A DNA stretch of 47,781 nucleotides from Octopus bimaculoides (taxonomy: Eukaryota), in assembly GCF_001194135.2 (NCBI RefSeq), contig NC_068986.1, forward strand, positions 50,134,188-50,181,968. The letters are read 5' to 3'. The notes beneath the pieces are model-generated. The model made no database searches, was not told the DNA's origin, and worked only from the letters and a program-made list of their open reading frames with translations. Within the stretch, counting starts at the first letter, position 1. The number at the start of each line of letters is the position of its first letter. Below are positions 23,990 through 35,846 of this stretch, piece after piece. Both the position numbers and the translations under genes were made by a program.

Positions 23990-24320
23990 TGATGTGGTGG
24001 TAGTGGTTGTGATGACAGTGGTGATACTGATAATGGTGGCAGTGGTGGTGATGGGGAGGAGGGGTAGTGATGGTGGCGGGGGTGGGGGTGATAGTGGTGA
24101 TGGTTGTGATGGTGGTCAAAATATTGGTAGCAACTGCAATGGTACTAGTTGAGGTGGTGACGGTGGTATTAGTTAAGGTGGTGGTAGTGGTAATAAAAAT
24201 ATTGGTAGCGATTGTGGTGGTGGTGGTGGTGGTAGTAGTGTCTGCGATGGAAGTGGTAGTGGTGATGGTGATGGTGGTGGTATTAGTAGTAGTAGTGATG
24301 ATGGTGGTGGCGGTGGTATT
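23990..24320. repeat. (GGT)n/(AGT)n/(GAT)n field
   Basis: Direct reading. Confidence 0.9.
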
Positions 24321-24429
24321 TAGCCCCAAGCTAGTCCTAACAGAACAAAGCTACAACCTGGTCGTCCTGTCATTTCGTTTGTGTTTATGCATTTTTGTTT
24401 TGGACAATATAAGTTTGGAATTAAAACTC

Positions 24430-24960
24430 GGAGAGAGAGAGATACACACACAGACAGACAAACAGACTGGGAGAAAGAGAGAGAAAGAACGAAACTGAGA
24501 GACAGACAAACAAACAGACTGAGAGCGAGTGAGAGAGAGAGAGGCAGAGCCAGACAGACAGACAGATAGAGATAGTGACGGAGAGACAGAGATTGTGAGA
24601 GAGAAGTAGAGACAGACAGACAGATAGAGATAGTGACAGATAGACAGAGGTTGTGAGAGAGAGAAAGGAAGAGACAGAGAGGCAGAGACAAATAGACAGA
24701 GAGAGAGAGAGACAGACAGACAGACAAAAGTAGTGACAGAAAGATTGAGAGAGAGGGGGAGACAAATAAACAGAGAGAGACAGGGAGAGAGAAATAGAGA
24801 CAGTGACAGACAGTAGACAGAAAGATTGAGAGAGAGAGAGAGAGAGAGACAAATAGAGATAGTGACAGACGGAAGACAAAAAGATTGAGAGAGAGAGAGA
24901 GAGCGGAGGGCAGAAACAGATAGACAGACAGACAGACTGGGAGAGAGAGAGAGAGAGGAA
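24430..24960. repeat. (AG)n/(AGAC)n purine-rich field
   Basis: Direct reading; source of the Leu-Ser ORFs. Confidence 0.93.
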
Positions 24961-25389
24961 GTGGGAATGCCTGTGTGGAACTGATATATCGAGATTCTGA
25001 TCTTGTGGAGAGTTGTAAGCCTTGTTCTTGTGTAGATAGTGGCATGTTTTCTCTAGTGAGATTGTATACAGTCTATAGATAATGGCTATTTATCGTTCGA
25101 TGGTGTTGCTTTGACAGTAGGTAAGCGACGATAATTACACAATCTACTGTACAGGAAACGAGTTAATTGACATTGGATAAGAATACATATGTAGACATGT
25201 TGTTTGAAGGGAGGGTAGAAAAAAGGGGGAAACGAGATGAGGGAATGACAAATAGCAGTGCATCAGTGTGAGAGAGAGAGAGAATAATAGAAGAGAGAAA
25301 ACAGTGAGAAGAGAGTAGCTGGGTAAAAAGCCAGGTAGCCAAACGCTTTAAAAATACACGAAACTACATGTAGGGAGGTTTTGGAGTTA

Positions 25390-25975
25390 GATATTGTATG
25401 CCTGAACGTATGTGTGTGTGTGTATATATATGTGTGTGTGTGTGTATATATATATATGTGTGTGTGTGTATTTGTTAGTATGTAGATGTATATGTTAGTA
25501 TGTCTATGTTAGTATATATATATTATGTGTGTGTGTTGTGTATTTGTTTCTATATACGTGTATGTTTGTTAGAATATATAAAGGTATGTGTTTCTATGTG
25601 TGTACTTTTGTTAGTATGTAAGTGTATGTATATATACATGCATGGGTATATATGTGTATATATATGCATGTGTATATATATATATATATATGCATGTGCA
25701 TTTATATGTATGTATATATGCATGTGCATTTATATGTATGTATATATGCATGTATATATATATATATGTATATATGCATGTGTATGTATATATGCATGTG
25801 TATGTATATATGCATGTGCATATATATGTATATATGCATGTATATATATATAAATATATATACATGTATGTGTATTATATCTAAACATATATACATCGAT
25901 GTGTGTATGTTTATATACAAATGCGTGCGTGAGTGTGTGTAACTCTGTGTGTGTGTGTGCGTGCGTGCGTGCGCA
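25390..25975. repeat. (TA)n/(TG)n field with recurring tatatatgcatgt motif
   Basis: Direct reading. Confidence 0.9.
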
Positions 25976-26730
25976 TTAATTCGCTCTTTACAACAAGGCG
26001 TCCGCCCCACTGAGCTTTCGCCATTAAAGCCCAAATCTCTACGCTCGCTGAATGACGGTCGTGGTTATTTAACGAGACGTTTTAACCCCAGATCTCAGCT
26101 TTTCTTATTACATAAGACCAGTTCTGTATTTCCTTACCTACCACGATCTTAAGGAACTGCCATAACAACAACAAAAACAATAATTACGAATACTTAAACA
26201 GCAGCAGCAAATGGTATCGTTTTAACGCTCGATAATAGACAATTGTCTTGGAATGATATATGTCCAACTTAGCTGTTGTTGTTGTTATTGTTGTTGCTGC
26301 TGCTGCTGCTTTAAGTAGTAGTAGTAGTAGTAGTTTATTTTGCACGTAGCCGAAAGGTGTGTTTCGATGAAAGGAAAATGATTTCGTTACCTTAAAGACT
26401 ACAGCAACAGCAACACAACTAACCAGTGTAGGAGCCTCTAATAGGATCGCTCGTGCTGCTAGAAATAACAACGAAATCTCACGAATTATAACTATCATAT
26501 TCAAAATGGAAGGACGCATTGGACAATTTTTTTTTTTTTTAAATACGAACAAAAGAAAAATGACGTTCACACCTGGAATATCTTTGGGGACTTCAGTTTG
26601 AGCAATTTTTATGATGTTTCATATTTAGGTGTTTTTATTGAATTCATTCAGTTGTTAAACATAAATAAATCTTGGAATTTAAATGGTTTTGATTTACTGC
26701 TAGGTGACTTTTGGCCAGCCATATACATAT

Positions 26731-27107
26731 NNNNNNNNNNNNNNNNNNNNNNNNNNNNNNNNNNNNNNNNNNNNNNNNNNNNNNNNNNNNNNNNNNNNNN
26801 NNNNNNNNNNNNNNNNNNNNNNNNNNNNNNNNNNNNNNNNNNNNNNNNNNNNNNNNNNNNNNNNNNNNNNNNNNNNNNNNNNNNNNNNNNNNNNNNNNNN
26901 NNNNNNNNNNNNNNNNNNNNNNNNNNNNNNNNNNNNNNNNNNNNNNNNNNNNNNNNNNNNNNNNNNNNNNNNNNNNNNNNNNNNNNNNNNNNNNNNNNNN
27001 NNNNNNNNNNNNNNNNNNNNNNNNNNNNNNNNNNNNNNNNNNNNNNNNNNNNNNNNNNNNNNNNNNNNNNNNNNNNNNNNNNNNNNNNNNNNNNNNNNNN
27101 NNNNNNN
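26731..27107. other. Assembly gap
   Basis: N run. Confidence 1.
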
Positions 27108-27121
27108 TATATATATACATA

Positions 27122-27210
27122 CACGCCGGACTTCTTTTAGTTTCCGTCTACCAAATCCACTCACAAGGCTTTGGTCAATCCTTGGCTATAGTAGAAAATA
27201 TTTGCCAATG
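27122..27210 (-). mobile_element. SINE family C fragment
   Basis: gtttccgtctaccaaatccactcacaaggctttggtc...ggctatagtagaa. Confidence 0.85.
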
Positions 27211-27328
27211 GTCTGGTCGAAACCGTTGGGTCCACGGTCTTCGCTCGTCCTCGTAGATTGGCGAGATTGATACTGTTAATGTAACACTTGAACTGAGCGA
27301 GATGACTGCTGTAAAGAAATATATGCAT

Positions 27329-27508
27329 AGGCGCAGGAGTGGCTGTGTTGTAAGGAGCTTACTTACGAACCACATGGTCCCGGGTTCAGTCCCACAGCGT
27401 GGCACCTTCGGGAAGTGTCGTGTACTATGGCCTCTGGCTGACTAAATCCTTGTAAGTAGATTTGGTAGACGGAAACTGAAAGAAGCCTGTCGTATATCTA
27501 TCTATCTT

Positions 27509-27570
<62 letters not shown>

Positions 27571-27740
27571 AGTGTCTGTATTTGTCCCCCACCACCACCA
27601 CTCGACAACTGCCGTTGGTGTGTTTACGTCCCTGTAACTTAATGAGTCGGCAAAAAGGCATCGATCGAATAAGTACTAGGCTTTAAAAAATAAGTCCTGA
27701 GGTCGATTTGTTCGACTAAAACGCTGATAAGGTGACACAA
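27329..27740 (+). mobile_element. SINE family C, near full length
   Basis: Matches 10432-10800. Confidence 0.9.
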
Positions 27741-28423
27741 GGCCAGCCACCTCGGTGAAACTAAAACCATTATAGTTATAGTAGAAATGCGAGCAAAAGG
27801 CGGTAAACGTGTCTGAGGGTCAGTGATTGGTGTTTGTTGGTCAGCAACTTCATGACAGGCAGTTACCCCTAGTAAACCTTTTATGACCTTTCTCATGATG
27901 CAGTCGTGTGTGTGTGTATAGTGGTGTTCCCTTGTGGGTTTCATCTCAGCTTTGCAGAGGTTTTAATGAGCCGAGATGTTAAAGGTTACGATGCCTTTCA
28001 ATCATAACTCAGTTCAATTAAGTGCTCAGTAGCATTTGTCTCAGAGAGCTCAGTATTGCTGAGCCTCCAAATCCGAGTTCATCAACAGCAATAACAAGAA
28101 CTCGTAGTTGTTGTTGTAAATACTTTATTTCCCATAAATTTCATTAAGAAATAATTAATTAAAAAATAAATAAAGTATAAACTTTAAGGATATTGATGTT
28201 GTTATAATTGATTGAAGAGGAATACGGCAGTAGTGGTATGATGCGAATAGGCTTCTTATTAGAATGGATTAGCATCAACTTCCGTCTCATTTGGCATTCC
28301 AAGACATTCAGTCTGCTATATTTATTAAACATATGTTATTGAGACGGGAAATAAATAACTCCTTGCTAGAACTTTCTAAATACTGCCATTTCGATTATTA
28401 TTACTATTATTATTATCATTATT

Positions 28424-28640
28424 AAGGCGGCGAGCTGACAGAGCCGTTGGCACGCCAGGCGAAATGCTTAGCGGTATTTCGTCCGCTGTTGCGTTCTGAG
28501 TTCAAATTCCTCCGAGGTCGCCTTTGCCTTTCAACTTTTCAGGGTCGATGAAATAAGTACCAATTACGCACTGGGATCGATATAATCGACTAGCACCCCC
28601 TTCCCCCAAAATTTTCAACTCTTTGTGCCTAGAGTAGAAA
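28424..28640 (+). mobile_element. SINE family B (tandem copy 1 of 4)
   Basis: Full head/body/tail, preceded by (ATT)n. Confidence 0.92.
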
Positions 28641-28651
28641 TAATAATAATA

Positions 28652-28687
<36 letters not shown>

Positions 28688-28689
<2 letters not shown>

Positions 28690-28890
28690 GGCGTGAGCTG
28701 GCAGAATCGTTAGTACGTTGGACGAAATGCTTAGCGGTATTTCGCCCGTCGCTACGTTCTGAGTTCAAATTCCACTGAGGTCGACTTTACATTTCATGCT
28801 TTTGGGGTCGATAAAGTACCAGTTGAACACTGCAGTCGATGTAATCGACTCATCCCCGTTCCCTAAAATTGCTGTGGCAAAATTTGAAAC

Positions 28891-28892
<2 letters not shown>
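28688..28892 (+). mobile_element. SINE family B (tandem copy 2 of 4)
   Basis: Tail variant aaatttgaaacc(att)n. Confidence 0.92.
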
Positions 28893-28921
<29 letters not shown>

Positions 28922-28923
<2 letters not shown>

Positions 28924-29134
28924 AGCTGCGAGCTGGCAGAATCGTTAGCACACTGGAAGAAACACTTAGCGGATTTCGCCCGTCACTCCGTTCTGAGTTC
29001 AAATTCCCCTGAGGTCGACTTTGCCTTTCCTCCTTACGGAGTCGATAAAATAAGTATTAGTGAAACACTGGGGTCGATGTAATCGACTAGACCCCTCCCA
29101 CCAAATTTCAGGCCTTGTACTTCCAGTAGAAAGA
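28922..29134 (+). mobile_element. SINE family B (tandem copy 3 of 4)
   Basis: Tail variant gtagaaagaattatt. Confidence 0.92.
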
Positions 29135-29152
29135 ATTATTATTATTATTACT

Positions 29153-29368
29153 GAGCCGGCGAGCCGGCAAAATCGTTGGCACGCTAGACAATGCTTAGCG
29201 AATTTTCACCCGTCGCCACGTTCTGAGTTCAGTTTCTGTCGAGATCGACTTTGCCTTTCATCCTTTCAGAGTCGATAAATTAAGTACCAGTGAAACACTG
29301 AGGTCGATGTAATCGACTCATCCCCTCCCACAAATTTCAGGCCTTGTACCTTTAGCAGAAAGGATTAT
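29153..29368 (+). mobile_element. SINE family B (tandem copy 4 of 4)
   Basis: Tail variant gcagaaaggattatc. Confidence 0.9.
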
Positions 29369-30069
29369 CATTGATATTCTTCAATTTTAGAGAATACCAG
29401 TCTATTATTGGCGTCTGTCTGTACATGACGCAAGGAATTTTGTCCGACCCATATATATATATAGATATATTCTCAATCGGTACAGTTTTTCGCTGCGTCC
29501 GTTTTTAAGACGAAGAAGAAATTAAATCAATAAATAAATTAAATAATATGTAAATAAAAGCGAGCAAATAAACATATATAGCAGTTTCAGGAATACACTA
29601 CTGACTTTTTTTTATTTTTCATTAGCTAACTTTTGTCAGGGAGTACTGTTTCATTGTGAGGGATTAGCGTGCACAACATCACGGGGCTTAAAGTAGCTAG
29701 AATAAAAAGTCATCTGGATCGGCCAAGCTGTCTGGTGCCAAGTCGGCTCCGTTGGCCACAGCATTCGCTTCATTCTCCTCCATGTTGTTCCAAACATTCT
29801 ACAATCATCTCTAAGAAGACTAAATGTAATACATGAAAATTTGGTAAAATAAACATATTTTGACATAAAACCATTTTGAACTGAAGAGTACTTGAAAAAA
29901 TGCATACCACCATCAAAACGAACAATACCATTTACTTTCAAAAGAATATAAGTCAGTATACTTTTTAAAGTTACTTGTGGTACGACAATATTTTGCTTAC
30001 AGTCAGGTTGGAAAAAGAAGTGGGAATAGACACATAGAAATGTGAAATGTGTTGTTAAAATGAATTCAC

Positions 30070-31320
30070 ATAAATGTTTGAATATCAGTCTCGCTTTGTA
30101 TGGTTATTCCGTTGCAAATTTTGTCAATAATTCAATGATGTAGTAGTCACGACAGCTAGTCATTTGCGCAACATTGTTGAACGGATATTTTGTTTTTATA
30201 AGTTTGAGTATTGATAAACCATGTTTGTCACTTACCACTGATGGTGGTAGTGTGAGAAGAATCTTTAAAGCAAAGGAAATATTAAATAAATTATCTGGGA
30301 GTTTTCATGTAGTACAGGAGTTCTTCATGTGGTCCATAGACTTAAGGAAATCTTCGAGCGATTGCTATAAGTTTACAACGTATCTACACTATTAATGTGA
30401 ATTTTTTTCTATGGTACATCAAGGATTTTCCTTCCAAACTCTTTCAGCCTTTAAATGCAACTACGGAAGATTAAAAAATTTTTTTTCTATTGTGTATATC
30501 AGTCGTTCTCAACCATTTCTTTTTCTACCTTTGGTTCTTATTTTACTCTACTGGTCACTCATAGCCATTCTATGTTTTAAAACATTCTAATATGTTTTTA
30601 TAATGAAATGTAATTAGGAAATGTATTTAAAAAATTGTTGAAATATTTTATGTACTGTAGAAGTATAACCAATTTTATTGCAGATAAGTTTAATAACAAA
30701 ATCCTATATGGACGCCGAAGGGTCATGTGGACTGCAGTCGGGAAACACTGATGTATATCATGCAAGAAGGCAAACAAAATTCTTTGGGATTCTCTCTTCA
30801 AAGCATTGTATGGCCATGTCTTAAATAACATCTTTAAAAAACTAGTTTTCCCCTTCTTGTATCTCATTCTCTTTGTTTCTCCGGTTGCTAATTTATTCCG
30901 ACTCTAAAATTGGTCAGTGTATTTAGTTTCTTTGCAATCTCATTTGCATTTGTGAAAACTAGTTGCAAAACCTCATCACACCGGCAGTCTACAAGATAAA
31001 AGAGTAACATGCAATGTCTTGTAGTTGAATTTGAAACAGCTTCCCTTATTTAGTAGGGGTTTCATTATGAGATTGATTTCAAAACATGTTGCACCGAGTT
31101 ACAGTCTTTTTGTAACACAAGACACGTGACTTATATTTAAAAGTCTCTTTAGCAACGCCGTTTTCTTTGTCTTTCATGTTAATAACAGTATCTTCACCAT
31201 GCTCTCATAGATTCTCAATTGGTAATCCCACTGGATCAAGTGATCCAACAAGAGTTTCTGTCGTGAGGGTATTTATTGCCTGCCATAGTGAAACACTTCC
31301 CTAAAAACGTTCTCAGATAT
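30070..31320 (-). pseudogene. Decayed hAT transposase (ZMYM1-like/Tip100-type)
   Basis: Minus-strand peptides GLPIENL*EHGEDTVINMKDKENGVAK (cf. GLxIxNxRGQGYDNGANMKGKxNGVQK), NANEIAKKL, and DNLFNISFALKILLTLPPSVVSDKHGLSILKLIKT (cf. hAT dimerisation motif FPNxSIALRIxLTLPVSVASGERSFSKLKLIK); stops and frameshifts. Confidence 0.82.
30500..30600 (+). mobile_element. hAT/Charlie-like MITE end within the transposase relic
   Basis: CAGTCGTTCTCAACC...tattttactct...ctcatagccatt, similar to the reverse complement of 2765-2857. Confidence 0.5.
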
Positions 31321-31861
31321 TTCATTATCTGATGGTTTAGTTTACATTAAGAAACTGAACAGTCACTATCATTACGTATCAGAAGATTGTTTAACTTTGC
31401 ATGCTTGTTTGCTCTGCATTACTTTTCTGTCGATATGTAATATATATATTTCTACAGTTTAGTATTAACAAGTTATATAAAGATACAGCTACAGGTGTAT
31501 AGAGATGGGAAATGATGGGTTTTTTTTTCTCATTCATTATTATATTCATCATTATCTTAACTACGTTAAAATGAACAGTAATCTCAGCAAAGGAATCAAC
31601 TATCAAATATGTAACAGATTTCAAGTTAAATTCCTAAGTGTCAGAGGAAGAGAAATGTCAGAGGGAAGGCTATCTTGCAGTGAATTTTAAAAATGAGTCT
31701 TGTACTTGAAACCTTCAATGATAAAAGAGAATATTTCTTGAAAATACAAATATTAAAATTAGGATTTTAAAGAATTTTCTGGACACTGTAGTCTTTAATA
31801 CTCACTTTTTTTTTCGTAGAAGTTACATACTCCAAACTAATTAATAAGCTTTCTTTATTAT

Positions 31862-31894
<33 letters not shown>

Positions 31895-32990
31895 AGAGAG
31901 AGATGTGTGTGTAATGATTTTCAGATTTAGTTTGAAATTTCTGTTTTTTTTCTGAATACATTCCAGTATGTTCATTAACATCTTTGTGTGTATTTGAGAA
32001 TTGAGTGGTGTAAATATAGAGACTGTATTATTTGTACTCAATAATCGCAATACTTAATCTATCCGCACATTTCGAAAAAGTACATATGTATCTCATTACT
32101 TAATTTCTTATATTACAGTTGTAGGGGAAATTATACTTTATGCGTGCAATTTATTGAGAGAAAGATAGAAATTAACAAAAGAAAATTGTGTTTAACTAAA
32201 AAAATAAAAACTGTCAGAGTTACGTAGTTTAAAATAGCGTACGAATGTGGGAGATGCTTAAATTTATTTCTTTTATTAAGGCAAGGGTGTTAGTTTTTAT
32301 CGAAATTCAAATAATTTAGTGAAATTCCTTGCGTTGGAGAGTCGGAAATCTTCGTGCCTGTTAAACACATACACACACACACACACACAGAGAAATTATC
32401 GCGCGCGCACACATACACACACAAATAATCTCGCACACAAACACACGCACACTCACACACGGACACAGAAATAATCACACACACACACATTTAATCCTAT
32501 ATATATTGCATTGCACTGTTACTGTTGCTAATCCGTGCGCGGCGACATTCACCACCTCACCACCACAACCTCACCACCACCTCCGCCATCAGCATTAACT
32601 GTTCGTCACATAACATGGCCGCAACCACATTGCGTGTGTGTGTGTGTGTATCAGTTACCGCTAAATGTGTTGTTGCCGCAAGCAATGAATGTCTTCCTTC
32701 TTTCTCCTCACACCCCCACCTCCAGGCGGCAGACGACATTTCAAATCAGATGACATTCTAACATATAACATAGATCTGACAAGCTCCTCTCCATGTTTCT
32801 GATGTAAAAATCTACATCTCCCCCCACCCCCGGTTCCATTACGTATGTATGGTCTGTCTAAATCTCTCCTACCCGCTCTCTCTCTCTCTCTCTCTGACAC
32901 ACACATATATATATATACACATACACACACATCTATATATAAAACTTTTCTCACTCATTGTCTGTGCATTCGGCTGTGTGTGTGCGCGTC

Positions 32991-33025
<35 letters not shown>

Positions 33026-33130
33026 AGCCAGGATATCAACTTTTTATCTTGCTAACTACACACACAAACACACGGCACGACCTTATTTATATGCATTCAT
33101 TGAGCATGAATGTTTTACGAAAAGTGTAAA

Positions 33131-33275
33131 AGTGCCATGGTCAAGTGGTTGGGACGCTCTGCTCGTGATTATAAAGACTAGGGGTTCGATCCTCAACTGG
33201 ACGGCGTGTTGCGTTAACTAATGCATCTCATTTCACATTGCCACAATCCGCTCGACTGTGGTGCGTGCTAGCTGA
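33131..33275 (+). mobile_element. Degenerate A2/A3-type SINE head
   Basis: tggtcaagtggttgggacg...ggggttcgatcc...gcgtgttgcg...catttcacattgc. Confidence 0.55.
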
Positions 33276-33291
33276 ATAATGTTACAGACCT

Positions 33292-33327
<36 letters not shown>

Positions 33328-34009
33328 ATCACATCGTCGATGTTCTGCCAGATAGAGTTGGAGAGTCGAGAAGGTATCTGTTTCCTCGCGACTTCATTGC
33401 TACCTCAGAAAAAAAATAAAAAATTAGCGAAGAAGCAGTCTATAATGCCAAGTATATCTATGTATATGTAAAAGTATGCATATATATATGTGAGTTTTTA
33501 TATTCATAACTTCACCTAATGTACTTTATAAAATCTCCGACGAGGCCTAGAGTAACATCCAAGTACCTCTATTTCATCTACTAATTACTTCTGGAGTGAT
33601 AAAGATAGAATAAGGTATTTTACCACTAGACTGAAACAGCTGTAAAATATTACCCCAATTTCTATCACTATATGTTATATTTTTATAATTACTGATATTT
33701 TATATTTTGCATTCTATGTATTATTATAGTATATCATATATGTAGAGCATAATATGTCATATGTGTTTGTATATTGTTATAAGTGTCCTTTTAGTAAATA
33801 AACAATTAATTTGACATAATATAATGTTGGTGAATACCGCCTATTGATCCCCTCAATATTACCATGCTGCTGAATTTTTCCTACAACATTGAGACTCAAA
33901 GTTCACTCACACATACACATATAAACAGCTAACACCACACGCACAAACACACACACAACACACATACACACACACGTAGACTTGCGCACACGCACATAGC
34001 ACACATATA

Positions 34010-34300
34010 AACAGATACCTTCTTCACTTACACTCTCCTGTCTTAGAACTTTTTCTTCACCCATTTCCTTCCGGTCATTTAAAAATGTAACCACATATGG
34101 CTCATTGGCGATTTTTTCCCTCCGTCTTACTTTTCTCTTGGACTTTCCTCCGTCTCTTGTTTCTGACGAAGAGCTTTGCTCGAAACGTAAAACCACCTTT
34201 CTTTCCTTCCCTGGGCGTCTGCTAATATTTTACATGTATCACGTCTTCGCATTGTTATTTTTTTTTTCTTGTGTTTGTTCCTCATTTTTGTTTATTTACT
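34010..34300 (+). mobile_element. Penelope-like element pseudo-LTR remnant
   Basis: Pyrimidine-rich segment carrying the CTGACGAA...CGAAACGT motif typical of PLE ends; boundaries approximate. Confidence 0.6.
34159..34193 (+). ncRNA. Minimal type I hammerhead ribozyme motif
   Basis: GTTT-CTGACGA-A-GAGC-TTT-GCTC-GAAAC-GTA^-AAAC: helix I GUUU/AAAC, helix II GAGC/GCUC, palindromic helix III ACGU, GUA cleavage triplet ending at 34189. Confidence 0.65.
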
Positions 34301-34799
34301 ATATATATATATATATATATATATACATACATGGGGGGAATTTGAGTTCGAGGGGTGAGTAGGGTAATTCAACTAAGATGTGTTGCTTAAGTAATGGCTA
34401 AAAATCATTTAACAAATTCTAATAATATAATAAAAATTGTTGTGCTGGATCACCAGATTCAGATTTAATGGAATAAATGCAAAATAAAATACTAGAATCC
34501 TTATTATATTNNNNNNNNNNNNNNNNNNNNNNNNNNNNNNNNNNNNNNNNNNNNNNNNNNNNNNNNNNNNNNNNNNNNNNNNNNNNNNNNNNNNNNNNNN
34601 NTGTATCTTGGAGGTTAATTACTTAAATTTTCACATATCATATTGCAGATCTGAAATAGTTAAACACTTCTTTTGTCGAATATCCGCCCCCAAAATGTGT
34701 TGATTTCATACAATAAAGCTGTTTATTTAATAAGATTAAAAGGTATATTTCTAATATGTAACAAACGATGTTGTTTTCTTTATATTTTATTTATTTTCA

Positions 34800-35281
34800 A
34801 GGTGCGTGGCTTAGTGGTTAGGGGTGTTCGGCTCAAAATCGTAAGGTCATGAGTTCAATTTCCGGTGAGGCGTTGTGTCCTTGAGCAAGACGCTTTGTAT
34901 CACATTACTCCAGTCCACTCAGCTGGCAAAAATGAGTAGTACCTGTATTTCAAAAGGCCAGCCTTATTACATTCTGTGTCACGCTGAATCTTTTCTACTC
35001 CAGACACAAGGCCTGAAATTTGTGGGAAGCGGGCTAGTCGATTACATCGACCCCAAGTTTCACTGGTACTCAATTTATCGACCTCGAAAGGATGAAAGGC
35101 AAAAATCAACCTCGACGGAATTTGAACTCAGAACATAGCGACACTGAGTCTCCCTGGGAACTACGTAAAAGGTCACGCGTCTGTGGAGTGCTCAGTCACT
35201 TGTGCGTTAATTTCATGAGGAAGCTGTTTCGTTGATCAAATAAGCTGGAACCCTCCTCGTAGTAAACGACGGAGTGCCAGT
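34800..35281 (+). mobile_element. SINE family A2, interrupted by a B insertion
   Basis: Head ggtgcgtggcttagtggttagg, body gcgttgtgtccttgagcaagac, family A 3' module ending gagtgcca. Confidence 0.88.
34992..35142 (-). mobile_element. 5'-truncated SINE family B nested in A2
   Basis: Imperfect 9-bp TSD gctgaatct (34983-34991) / actgagtct (35143-35151). Confidence 0.85.
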
Positions 35282-35457
35282 TATTTATAGCCCAAAATGA
35301 CTTCCATTCTATAATAGCTGACATTCTTATGAATTATTTGCCTGGTGAAGTCGGTACGTACAAGTCTGTCACAAAACTTGTATCACCAAAGAATCGAAAT
35401 GCCCAGGGTCAAATTGAAAGGAGTGTTAGGGAGTGGGGTACAATTTCTGCCGATAAT

Positions 35458-35846
35458 GTTGTTGTTATTGGCACTCCGTCACTTACGACGTCGAGGGTTC
35501 CAGTTGATCAGATCAACGGAACAGCCTGCTCGTGAAATTAACGTGCACGTGGCTGAGCACTCCATAGACACGTGTACCCTTAACGTAGTTCTCGGGGATA
35601 TTCAGCGTGACACAGTGTGACAAGGCTAACCCTTTTGAATTACAGGCACAACAGAAACAGGAAGTAAGAGTGAGAGAAAGTTGTGGTGGAAGAGTACAGC
35701 AGGGTTCGCCACCATCCCCTGCCGGAGCCTTGTGGAGCTTTAGGCGTTTTCGCTCAATAAACACTCACAACGCCCGGTCTGGGAATCGAAACTGCGATCC
35801 TATGACCGCGAGTCCGCTGCCCTAACCACTGGGCCATTGCGCCTCC
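35458..35846 (-). mobile_element. SINE family A, full length, 12-bp TSD
   Basis: TSD tctgccgataat at 35446-35457 and 35847-35858; (AAC)n tail. Confidence 0.95.

Noticed and set aside
24960-25130. ttgacagTAG|gtaagc and a CKPCSC peptide
   Set aside because: Poor pyrimidine tract and stops in all frames from the best acceptor; much weaker than the 36480 site
28394-29370. CRISPR-like appearance of regularly repeated units
   Set aside because: The units are about 220-bp diverged SINEs with microsatellite linkers in eukaryotic DNA; no short identical repeats, spacers or cas genes
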